Source: Candidatus Paceibacter sp.
Lineage (GTDB): Bacteria > Patescibacteriota > Minisyncoccia > Phycocordibacterales > GCA-2747955
Reading direction: 5' to 3'
DNA length: 64,000 bases
Assembly: GCA_014237915.1 (NCBI GenBank)
Contig: JABACC010000013.1
Location: forward strand, 64,568-128,567
The notes beneath the pieces are model-generated. The model was not told the origin of the DNA and made no database searches. It worked only from the letters and a program-made list of their open reading frames with translations. Both the position numbers and the translations under genes were made by a program. Positions 56,875-64,000 of this stretch are shown one piece after another. How positions within the stretch are numbered: position 1 is the stretch's first letter; each line of letters opens with the position of its first letter.

Positions 56875-58620
56875 ATGGATAAAAATAGCAAAATTTACAA
56901 AATTAGGCATTCTTTTTCTCATCTTTTAGCAATTGCAATTTTAGAAAAATTTCCAGATGCAAAAATTGTTTCAGGGCCCCCCACAGAAACTGGCTTTTTT
57001 TATGGAGTTGATTTTGGAAAAGAAAAAGTTGAAGAAAAAGATTTAAAAGATTTTCAAAAAAAGATAAAAAAATTAATTTCTCAAAACCTAGCTTTCATAA
57101 AAGAAGAAAAAACAAAAGAAGAACTTTTAGAATTTTACAAAAACAACGAATACAAAAAAGAAATTACTGAAGATAAAGCCAAAGACGGAAAACCTCTTAC
57201 AATTTACAAAACAGGTGAAAATTTTTTTGATCTTTGCTCTGGGCCTCACGTGGAACACTCTGCTGATTTGCCAATTGACTCTTTTCGAATTGATAAAATT
57301 TCAGGAGCTTATTTTAAGGCAGATGAGAAAAGACCAATGCTCACAAGAATTTATGGAACAGCTTTTGAAACAAAAGAAGGTTTGGAAAATCACGACAAAA
57401 TGCTTAAAGAAGCAGAAAAAAGAGACCACCGAAAAATTGGAAAAAAATTAGATTTATTTACTTTTTCTGATTTGGTTGGGTCTGGGCTTCCTCTTTTTAC
57501 TCCCAAAGGAACTTTAATGAGAAATTTAATAACAGAAGAAATTGAAAAAATTCAAAAAAATTTTGGTTGGCAAAAAGTTACAATTCCTCATATTACAAAA
57601 AAAGATTTATACGAAAAATCTGGGCATTGGGAAAAATTTGGAGACGAGCTTTTTAAAGTTTCTGGAAAAACCGATCAAGAATTTGTTATGAAACCAATGA
57701 ACTGCCCTCATCACACACAAATATATTCAGCAAACCCAAGATCTTATAAAGATCTTCCTCTAAGATTTTCAGAAAACGGAGTTGTTTACCGAGACGAACA
57801 GCAAGGAGAGCTTCTGGGAATTTCCAGGGTTCGCGCAATTACTCAAGATGACGGCCACTCTTTTTGCACCCCAGAGCAAGTTGAAGAGGAAATTTCAAAT
57901 ATTATTTTAATAATCAAAAAATTTTACACAAAGTTTGAAATGTTTGATGAGAAAAATTTATCGGTTTCACTTTCTATTTCTGATCCAAAAAAACCTGAAA
58001 AATATATGTTGGAAGACGGGCTTTTTAAAAAGGCAGAAGAAATTTTAGAAAAAATCGCCATAAAAGAAAACTTACCTTACAAAAAAATTGAAGGTGAGGC
58101 AGCTTTTTACGGGCCAAAACTTGATTTTCATTTTAAAGATGCGCTCGGAAGGAGTTGGCAGTTAGCCACCGCTCAGCTTGATTTTTCAATGCCAAAAAGA
58201 TTTGATCTTCTCTACACAGACAGCGACGGACAGAAAAAAAACCCTGTAATGATACACCGAGCAATTGCTGGATCTTTGGAAAGATTTATGTCTGTAATGA
58301 TAGAACATTTTGCAGGAGAATTTCCTTTTTGGCTCTGCCCTGTTCAAGTTTCCGTAATTCCAATTGCTGAAAATTTAAATCAAAAAGCAAAAGAAATTAC
58401 AAAATTTTTAGAAGAAAATAATTTTAGAGTTGAAAGTGATTATTCAAAAGAATCTTTTGGAAAAAAAGTAAGATCTGCAAAAGAGCAAAAAATTCCTTAT
58501 TTTATAATTGTTGGCGAGCGTGATCCTGAAGGAAAATTCACATTAGAATCAAGAGACTCTGAAGAAAAATTAGTTTTAACTCCAGAAGAGATTTTAGAAA
58601 AATTTGAAAAAGAAAATTAA
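56875..58620 (+). CDS. thrS: Threonine--tRNA ligase (lacks the N-terminal TGS domain)
   Basis: It begins at MDKNSKIY with the editing-domain HxxxH (RHSFSHLLA). The class II core has RDHRKIGKKLDLF. The tracked upstream extension crosses a hairpin. Confidence 0.85.
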   Translation: MDKNSKIYKIRHSFSHLLAIAILEKFPDAKIVSGPPTETGFFYGVDFGKEKVEEKDLKDFQKKIKKLISQNLAFIKEEKTKEELLEFYKNNEYKKEITEDKAKDGKPLTIYKTGENFFDLCSGPHVEHSADLPIDSFRIDKISGAYFKADEKRPMLTRIYGTAFETKEGLENHDKMLKEAEKRDHRKIGKKLDLFTFSDLVGSGLPLFTPKGTLMRNLITEEIEKIQKNFGWQKVTIPHITKKDLYEKSGHWEKFGDELFKVSGKTDQEFVMKPMNCPHHTQIYSANPRSYKDLPLRFSENGVVYRDEQQGELLGISRVRAITQDDGHSFCTPEQVEEEISNIILIIKKFYTKFEMFDEKNLSVSLSISDPKKPEKYMLEDGLFKKAEEILEKIAIKENLPYKKIEGEAAFYGPKLDFHFKDALGRSWQLATAQLDFSMPKRFDLLYTDSDGQKKNPVMIHRAIAGSLERFMSVMIEHFAGEFPFWLCPVQVSVIPIAENLNQKAKEITKFLEENNFRVESDYSKESFGKKVRSAKEQKIPYFIIVGERDPEGKFTLESRDSEEKLVLTPEEILEKFEKEN

Positions 58621-58643
58621 ATTTAAAAAATTTGAAAAAAATA

Positions 58644-58673
58644 AAAAGCGCGCACCGAAGGTGCGCGCTTTTT
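58644..58673 (+). terminator. thrS terminator aaaagcgcgcaccgaaggtgcgcgctttt
   Basis: It is near-identical to 24295-24324, with compensatory stem substitutions. Confidence 0.55.
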
Positions 58674-58711
58674 ATTTTTTTCAAAATTTTAGTTTTTTAA
58701 AATATTTTTTA

Positions 58712-58738
58712 GGCGGAAAAAGCTTCACTTTTTCCGCC
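58712..58738. repeat. Palindromic element ggcggaaaaagc-ttca-ctttttccgcc with conserved 5' flank aaatatttttt (left copy bounding the 58.7-61.3 kb islet)
   Basis: It shares ~45 bp with 61292-61337 in direct orientation. The same core occurs in-frame inside parB. Confidence 0.5.
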
Positions 58739-58753
58739 CAAAAAATAAACTCA

Positions 58754-59116
58754 TCAATCTATCTCAAATTTTAAAAAATTTTTAATTCTTTTCTTATCCT
58801 CGATTGCTTTATTGCCTTTAAAATAAATATCAATAAAGAAAATTTCATTTTTTTCTATATTATAAAAATAAATAAGTCTTATTCTATCTGAGCTTTTCAA
58901 AGATCTGCATCTAACCCTAACTTTAAAAACTTGTTCAGAAAAACCCATTATTGGATCAATTCTTATTATTCTAGTGCCCTCCTTATTTTTCCCTGTTGGA
59001 AATTTACTGATTATTTTTTCCACTATAGCCAAATCTTCTTCTAAAGATATATATTTTTTCTTTAGCTTTTCAAAATCTTTTGAAAATTCTTTCGTTTCCT
59101 CTATTCTGATATTCAT
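58754..59116 (-). CDS. RelE/ParE-superfamily toxin candidate
   Basis: It is 120 aa with an N-terminal IEETKEFSKDFEKL and a C-terminal RIRLIYFYNIEKNEIFFIDIYFKG pattern. It lies directly downstream of an HTH/Panacea antitoxin gene. Confidence 0.5.
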   Translation of the reverse strand: MNIRIEETKEFSKDFEKLKKKYISLEEDLAIVEKIISKFPTGKNKEGTRIIRIDPIMGFSEQVFKVRVRCRSLKSSDRIRLIYFYNIEKNEIFFIDIYFKGNKAIEDKKRIKNFLKFEID

Positions 59117-59121
59117 AAAAT

Positions 59122-59811
59122 CTATTTAACGGAAAACTCTTCGCTTCTATAAAAAACATACTCGTAATCAATATCTTCTAAATCATTGGCTACAGCCCAA
59201 GGTATATCTCTATGAGAAATATTCGATATCTCTGTAGCATTTTTTTCTGAATACTTTTTTAAAACATCATTTATTAAATCAAGTTCTTGGCCAGTAAGTA
59301 AAGATAAGTCTGGATTTTCTCGTGGTAAAAATTTTTTTTGCTCTTTTTTATAATGGGAAGATTTTACCTCTTCTATTTTTTTATCTTCTTTCATTTTTTT
59401 AATAAGTCTTTCAAAATTTCTAGGAGTTGGCCCGTGTTTATTTTTAAAATAAGTAAGTCCCATTAACTGCTTTTGATATTTTTCATAATAATCAAAATCA
59501 ATAAAATATAAAATTTTATACAATACTGTTTGCCCAACATTTGGTTTGGCTCCAATTTGATTTAAAATATATAAAAAAACTTGTCTAAACTTATCTTCTT
59601 TTTCTTGTGGAATATTTATCTTTAAATTTTTCTCTTGGTTTTCTTTTTCAAAGAAATTAAAAAATTCTTTGATTTTATCTTCTTCATCTTTTTTTAATTT
59701 TCTTTCTCCTTTTTCTATTTTTATTAAAGTTGGTCTAGAAACACCAATCTCTTTTGCTAAATACTCTTGAGAAATGGAAAACTCCTTTCTTTTTTTCAAA
59801 ATATTAATCAT
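59122..59811 (-). CDS. XRE-family HTH fused to a Panacea (DUF4065, SocA-like) domain: PanA-type antitoxin candidate
   Basis: The N-terminal HTH reads ISQEYLAKEIGVSRPTLIKIEKGER. The C-terminal part reads VGQTVLYKILYFIDFDYY...GLTYFKNKHGPTPRNF, matching the Panacea core (LQKLLYxxxG...GPV). Confidence 0.6.
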   Translation of the reverse strand: MINILKKRKEFSISQEYLAKEIGVSRPTLIKIEKGERKLKKDEEDKIKEFFNFFEKENQEKNLKINIPQEKEDKFRQVFLYILNQIGAKPNVGQTVLYKILYFIDFDYYEKYQKQLMGLTYFKNKHGPTPRNFERLIKKMKEDKKIEEVKSSHYKKEQKKFLPRENPDLSLLTGQELDLINDVLKKYSEKNATEISNISHRDIPWAVANDLEDIDYEYVFYRSEEFSVK

Positions 59812-59907
59812 ATAATTAACATTATAAACAAATATGTAAAATATTACAAATTTTTTTGTAAATTTAATAAAAATACATTTCCTGTTTTAAACTTAAAAAA
59901 AATAAGC

Positions 59908-60156
59908 TTAAAAATCAAAATCAATTTTTCTTGTAATTTCTGTTAAATATTCTCTCAAATATGAATTAAAAGATTCACTAAAAAATATTGTTGTTTTTTC
60001 TTTTTTGTATAAAACAAATAAAGCTTCTGTTTGTTTTTTTATTTCTTTGTCTTTTGTTTTTTCCGTTACAAAAATAATAAGATCCATAAATTTATTTTCA
60101 GAAATAAATTTTGAATATTTTTGTTTTTCTTGTTTTGTTAATTTTATTGTTTTCAT
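59908..60156 (-). CDS. Hypothetical 82-aa protein preceded by a ~200-nt structured leader
   Basis: ORF preceded by a GC-rich leader (60196-60330) and an extended -10 at 60368-60376. Confidence 0.4.
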   Translation of the reverse strand: MKTIKLTKQEKQKYSKFISENKFMDLIIFVTEKTKDKEIKKQTEALFVLYKKEKTTIFFSESFNSYLREYLTEITRKIDFDF

Positions 60157-60195
60157 AAAAATTTTTTTAAAACTCTGAGCTTTAAAATTTTTTAT

Positions 60196-60330
60196 AAAAA
60201 CAAAAAGCCCACCACCAGGGTATCCCGAAGGATATATAGAAGGTTTCCCCGCTATAACCAGAACAACTAGCCCACTGATGATGGGTTTTCTATGTTGTTC
60301 TGGTTTATTTGTTTCACCATACTAATTTTT
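60196..60330 (-). ncRNA. GC-rich structured RNA element, candidate cis-regulatory leader or riboswitch (unclassified)
   Basis: The minus strand has nested hairpins: CCAGAACAAC...GTTGTTCTGG enclosing CCCAU-CAUCA-GUGGG, then UAUAG-CGGGGAAACCUU-CUAUA, then UAUCC-UUCG-GGAUA, then GGUGGUGGGCUUUUUGUUUUU. It sits between a TGCTAAAAT promoter and the ATG at 60156. Confidence 0.35.
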
Positions 60331-60367
60331 TTTTTTGAAAAAAATCAGGTTAGGCTATTACTTCCCT

Positions 60368-60376
60368 ATTTTAGCA
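60368..60376 (-). promoter_or_regulatory. Extended -10 TGCTAAAAT (minus strand), part of a repeated 16-mer TATTTTAGCATAAAAA
   Basis: The same 16-mer occurs at 61212-61232 upstream of the DUF3800 gene. A related TGCTAAAAT lies at 25366-25374 upstream of obg. Confidence 0.4.
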
Positions 60377-60498
60377 TAAAAAGAAGGTGATGAATGAATT
60401 TTAATTTATTGTTGATAAGTTTTTTATAAATTTAAATTTATTATGTTAATATTATTTATGAACCATTGTTGTATAAATTCAGAAAAAAGTTCCGGGCC

Positions 60499-61152
60499 TT
60501 AAGGGATATCCGGGCTTTTTTCTTTTTTCATTAAGCTTTTTTTAACAATTATAGATTTATAGTGTTCCGTTTTTATAAAACCTTTTTTTATGCCTTTCTG
60601 GAAAATATCTAAAACTTGTAAACAAGGGCAGTACCTAGAATCTATTTGTATTATTTTACTAAAATTTGGTAAATTATAATTACCGAGTAAATATTTTTCT
60701 AATCCATCTTTATAATCTTTTGAATCATTATATTTATCAAAAATTATTTCAATACTTCCAGAAAAATCTTTCAACTTTGAATATTTAACAATATATTCAA
60801 GACCTTGCCTTAAAATAAAATTTCTAAAATCATTATATTCCCTACTTTCTAAATAAGGCCCTCGATAATTTTCTTTTTCTATATTTAAATTGAAAAATAA
60901 TATCTTTTCATTATTCAATAGAAAATCCATGCAACTAAAAAAATTCTTAAAATTTGCGCCCCTAATTGCTTTCAACTCTTTCTTGTAATTATTGAATAAT
61001 TTAAATCCGCACACTAGTTTCTCTATCTCGTTAACTTCATCTTCGGCAATGAGTAAAAAATTAAGATTAAAATTATCCGAACTATTATTGGTTTTATATC
61101 CTGGGTCACCACTTTCATCGATAAATAAAAAAATTGTACTACTATCTAACAT
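60499..61152 (-). CDS. DUF3800-family protein
   Basis: The N-terminal IFLFIDESGDPG matches the DUF3800 (Y/F)IDESG signature. The C-terminus has a CLQVLDIFQ (Q..D) motif. Confidence 0.5.
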   Translation of the reverse strand: MLDSSTIFLFIDESGDPGYKTNNSSDNFNLNFLLIAEDEVNEIEKLVCGFKLFNNYKKELKAIRGANFKNFFSCMDFLLNNEKILFFNLNIEKENYRGPYLESREYNDFRNFILRQGLEYIVKYSKLKDFSGSIEIIFDKYNDSKDYKDGLEKYLLGNYNLPNFSKIIQIDSRYCPCLQVLDIFQKGIKKGFIKTEHYKSIIVKKSLMKKEKSPDIP

Positions 61153-61218
61153 ATTAATTTTTATAATGATCTCCTGATGGAGTTTAAGTTAACATTTAAC
61201 TTAACTTCTATTATTTGT

Positions 61219-61227
61219 ATTTTAGCA
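61219..61227 (-). promoter_or_regulatory. Extended -10 TGCTAAAAT upstream of the DUF3800 gene
   Basis: The minus strand reads ttttTATGCTAAAATacaaataatagaag. Confidence 0.4.
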
Positions 61228-61302
61228 TAAAAAATACAGAGAAATAGCAGATTATCGAAACTAATTCACTTTTTATTTTTATAAAATTTTTAAATATTTT
61301 TT

Positions 61303-61331
61303 AGGCGGAAAAAGCGAAGCTTTTTCCGCCT
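61303..61331. repeat. Palindromic element aggcggaaaaagc-gaa-gctttttccgcct with 5' flank aaatatttttt (right copy); also the gatB terminator
   Basis: It is a direct repeat of 58700-58745. Confidence 0.5.
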
Positions 61332-61354
61332 AAAAAACAAAATACTTTAAAATT

Positions 61355-62833
61355 TTAAAGAATTTTTTTGAAAATTTCTGTCAAAATTTGTGGGTTTGCA
61401 GAACCGCCTGTTTTTTTCATAGCTTGACCCATAAAAAATTTTAAAAGGTTTTCGTCTCCTGCTTTAAATTTTTGAACTTGGTCAGGAAATTGCGTAGCAA
61501 TTTCCTGTACAATTTTTTCAAGCTCACCTTCGTCTGAACTTTGAATTAAATTTTTATCTCCTGCAATTTTTTCAGCATCTCCAGATCTTTCAAAAAGCTC
61601 TATTAAAATATCTTTTGCTCCTCGAGAAGAAATTTTTCCCTCTAAAATCATTGAAATTATTTTTGTCATATTTTCTGCTGAAAAATTTTTCAGTTTTTCT
61701 AAAGAATTTTCTTTTTTCATAATCCCCGCAATATCTGAAGTTAAATAATTTGAAAGCAAAGAAAAAGCTTTTTTATTTTCAGAAAAATTTAAAGATGCTT
61801 TTTCAAAAATTTTGTCATATTCTGGGTTTTGTAAAAAAAACTCTACGTCTTCTGCTTTTAAAGAAAAACTATTAAAATACCTTTCTCTTTTTTCCAAAGG
61901 AAGTTCTGGTAAATTTTCTGAAATTTCTTTTTCTGAAAATTCGGAAATTTCAGAAAGTTTATATTTTGGAATATCTGGATCTGGAAAATATCTGTAATCT
62001 TCAGAATTTTCTTTTTTTCTTTGAGAAAAAGTTTTGGCTTTATTTTCGTCCCAACCTCTTGTTTCTTGATCAACTTTTTCTCCTTTTTCTAAAACTTCGA
62101 TTTGTCTTTGTATTTCATATTCAATTGCTGACTGAACGATTTTAAAAGAATTTAAATTTTTAACCTCTGTTTTTGTTCCAAAAAACTCTGGATTATTTTC
62201 TTTATTTTCGTGCTCTGAAATGGAAACATTTGCTTCGATTCTCATCTCCCCTTTTTCTAAATTTGCTCCAGAAACATCAAGAGTTCTTAAAAGCAGCTGT
62301 AACTCTTTTGCAAAAAAAGATGCGTGATCTGAATTTTTTATTTCTGGCTCTGTTACAAGCTCCATTAACGGAACTCCAGCTCTGTTAAAATCTACATAAG
62401 AATATTCTCCTTTGTGGGAAGACGACGCGGTGTCTTCTTCTAAATGAATTCTTGTAATTGGGGAATTTGCAAGATTTCCGCCTGAAATTAATGGATATTT
62501 GTATTGAGAAATTTGGTAAGCTTTTGGCATATCTGGATAAAAATAATTTTTTCTATCAAATTCCGAAAAATCTGCAATTTTTCCAGAAAGGGCTTTTCCG
62601 ACTTTCAAAACTTTTTTTACTGCTTCGTAATTTACATAAGGCAAAGCTCCCGGTTGAGCTGTGCAGATTTCACAAATATTTTCATTTGGCTTTGAATTGA
62701 AAGGATCGTTTTTACAAGAACAAAACATTTTAGAATTTGTTTTTAGTTCTGCGTGAATTTCAAGGCCGATTGTGGGCCAATATTTTTTTCCGCTTTTGCT
62801 TTGATAAGATTTTTTTAGAAAATTTTCTTCCAT
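61355..62833 (-). CDS. gatB: Aspartyl/glutamyl-tRNA(Asn/Gln) amidotransferase subunit B
   Basis: It has YWPTIGLEIHAELKTNSKMFCSC...ICEICTAQPGALP and a C-terminal YqeY-like domain. Confidence 0.85.
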   Translation of the reverse strand: MEENFLKKSYQSKSGKKYWPTIGLEIHAELKTNSKMFCSCKNDPFNSKPNENICEICTAQPGALPYVNYEAVKKVLKVGKALSGKIADFSEFDRKNYFYPDMPKAYQISQYKYPLISGGNLANSPITRIHLEEDTASSSHKGEYSYVDFNRAGVPLMELVTEPEIKNSDHASFFAKELQLLLRTLDVSGANLEKGEMRIEANVSISEHENKENNPEFFGTKTEVKNLNSFKIVQSAIEYEIQRQIEVLEKGEKVDQETRGWDENKAKTFSQRKKENSEDYRYFPDPDIPKYKLSEISEFSEKEISENLPELPLEKRERYFNSFSLKAEDVEFFLQNPEYDKIFEKASLNFSENKKAFSLLSNYLTSDIAGIMKKENSLEKLKNFSAENMTKIISMILEGKISSRGAKDILIELFERSGDAEKIAGDKNLIQSSDEGELEKIVQEIATQFPDQVQKFKAGDENLLKFFMGQAMKKTGGSANPQILTEIFKKIL

Positions 62834-62892
62834 AATTTTAATTTAAATAATTTTAACATTTTTTTAAAAAAATTTTTAGTTTAAACAAAAAA

Positions 62893-62901
62893 TGTTAAAA
62901 T
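62893..62901 (+). promoter_or_regulatory. Extended -10 TGTTAAAAT 6 nt upstream of the yqeY-like ATG
   Basis: The sequence is aaaTGTTAAAATttttttATG. Confidence 0.45.
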
Positions 62902-62907
62902 TTTTTT

Positions 62908-63360
62908 ATGAATATATATAAAAAAATAAAAGAAGATTTGGTTTCTGCAATGAAATCAAAAAACGAATCTGAGAAAAATGTTTTAAAATCTGTTTTATCT
63001 GGTTTTACAAACGAATTAGTAGCTTCTGGAAAAACCCCGCAAGAAAAAGTAGAAGATGATTTAGCTAAAAAAGTTTTAAAACGTGAGGCTAAAAAAAGAA
63101 AAGATGCTTTTGACCAATTTGAAAAAGGCGGGCGGGCTGATTTAGCCGAAATTGAAAAAATAGAGCTTGCGATTATTGAAAAATATTTACCAGAGCCAAT
63201 GTCTGAAGATCAAATAAAAAAAATAGCACAAGAGCTACAGCAAGAAATGGAGATTTTTGATTCTTCAAAATCTGGAATTTTAACTGGAGCTGTAATGAAA
63301 AAAACCGCGGGTGAAGCTTCAGGAGAAATTGTAAAAAAAATAGTTGAAGAACTTTTTTAA
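62908..63360 (+). CDS. GatB/YqeY-domain protein (stand-alone)
   Basis: It is ~150 aa, and its helical pattern and sequence are similar to the GatB C-terminal domain. Confidence 0.7.
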   Translation: MNIYKKIKEDLVSAMKSKNESEKNVLKSVLSGFTNELVASGKTPQEKVEDDLAKKVLKREAKKRKDAFDQFEKGGRADLAEIEKIELAIIEKYLPEPMSEDQIKKIAQELQQEMEIFDSSKSGILTGAVMKKTAGEASGEIVKKIVEELF

Positions 63361-63383
63361 TTTATTTTTAAAAAAAATAAATT

Positions 63384-63412
63384 AATGGATTTTGCCTTCG
63401 GCAAAATCCATT
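63384..63412 (+). terminator. Hairpin aatggattttgcc-TTCG-ggcaaaatccatt
   Basis: 13-bp stem with a UUCG loop followed by an A/T run. Confidence 0.5.
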
Positions 63413-63425
63413 AAAAAACAAAAAA

Positions 63426-64000
63426 ATGAACATACTCTTAAAACTAAAAGAAATAAAAAATTCAAGAAGCAACGATTTTTGGCTTTACGGGGTTTCTTCT
63501 TTTTTCCACGAGTTTTCAGGTTCGCTACTTTCAATTTTCCTTCCAATTTTTATGCTTCTTGCTGGTTTTTCCATTCAATCAATTGTAATTTATTTAATAA
63601 TCTATTATTTTTTAAGTTCTTTTTTAACGATTTTCATAAGAAAAATTGTTTTAAAAATTGGCTCTTTTTCTACATTAATAATTTCTAAAATATTATGGAT
63701 TATCTATTTTATAAATTTAGCTTTTTTAGATAGTGGAAGTTTTTTTCTACTCTGGAGCCTGGCAATTTTAGGAGCAGTTTACGACGCTTTTTATTATGTT
63801 CCAAGTGTTTATGCTCAAATTAAACAAACAAAAATATTAAACAACACTGCAAAAAACAATTCTTTTTTTTCAGCCCTCATGGTTATAGCTCAGGCTTTTG
63901 GCCCTATTTTATCTTCCATAATTTTGCTTTTAACAGAAAATAAAGTTTTAGTTTTAATTCCAATTATTATTTCAATAATAGTTTCAATTTTTTTTCTTTC
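63426..64000 (+). CDS. Polytopic membrane protein, 5' partial (possibly MFS-type transporter); continues beyond the window
   Basis: The frame is open from the ATG at 63426 to the window end, 191+ codons. Successive hydrophobic helices include SGSLLSIFLPIFMLLAGF. It is absent from the ORF track because no stop lies in the window. Confidence 0.45.
   Translation, partial: MNILLKLKEIKNSRSNDFWLYGVSSFFHEFSGSLLSIFLPIFMLLAGFSIQSIVIYLIIYYFLSSFLTIFIRKIVLKIGSFSTLIISKILWIIYFINLAFLDSGSFFLLWSLAILGAVYDAFYYVPSVYAQIKQTKILNNTAKNNSFFSALMVIAQAFGPILSSIILLLTENKVLVLIPIIISIIVSIFFL

Noticed and set aside
60196-60330. Considered SRP RNA (4.5S), RNase P RNA, tmRNA or a fluoride riboswitch for the GC-rich structured patch
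   Set aside because: I could not find the SRP helix-8 GGAA/AGCAGC motifs, RNase P P4 consensus, a tRNA-like tmRNA end or the crcB-motif GGCGAUGG...CUGAUG...CUAC spacing. It is kept only as an unclassified candidate leader.
63392-63688. 98-aa ORF in the track
   Set aside because: It is out of frame with a much longer open frame starting at 63426 that encodes a coherent polytopic membrane protein. Its own translation is Phe/Asn-rich nonsense.
1-64000. CRISPR arrays, transposases/IS elements, integrases, rRNA genes
   Set aside because: No spacer-repeat periodicity was found. No DDE/HUH transposase or tyrosine/serine recombinase motifs were found. No rRNA-like conserved blocks were found. The only direct repeats are the short terminator-like palindromes described above.

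Overview
Very AT-rich, gene-dense bacterial window using the standard genetic code (TGA is a stop). Gene content and architecture suggest a small-genome Patescibacteria/CPR-like organism: short proteins, aaRSs missing accessory domains, and an orphan ParB and orphan atpA. This lineage call is inference only.

Most of the window is housekeeping:
- ribosomal and translation genes: rpsO (partial), rplS, rpsB-tsf, hpf, fmt, map, adk, infrastructure tRNAs (tRNA-Gly GCC, tRNA-Thr GGT, tRNA-Asn GTT, tRNA-Thr TGT);
- aaRSs: valS, trpS, thrS, plus gatB;
- a minimal dcw cluster mraZ-rsmH-ftsL-ftsI, secDF, mreB(+C?), murC, uppP, gap, tig, obg, uvrA, dnaE, rnr, truB, trmB.

The accessory content is:
- a Type II R-M pair (beta-class DPPY N6A methyltransferase plus a PD-(D/E)xK nuclease) wedged between adk and obg;
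- a Shedu-like (DUF4263-type PD-(D/E)xK) defence candidate sitting alone between tRNA-Asn and tRNA-Thr;
- a ~2.6 kb islet between thrS and gatB bounded by direct ~45-bp repeats; it carries an XRE-HTH/Panacea(DUF4065) antitoxin with a RelE/ParE-like toxin, an 82-aa gene behind a GC-rich structured leader, and a DUF3800 protein;
- a small secreted Cys-rich peptide plus a Cys-containing protein embedded in the trpS operon.

Three recurring non-coding signals stand out:
- many genes carry an extended -10 (TGnTAAAAT/TATAAT) only 6-8 nt before the ATG, implying leaderless mRNAs;
- there is a family of GC-clamped hairpin terminators with UUCG/CGAA loops; near-identical copies with compensatory stem changes occur, and two in-frame copies sit inside parB;
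- two small hypothetical genes share identical TTGACA-containing promoters.

No CRISPR array, transposase or integrase was seen.
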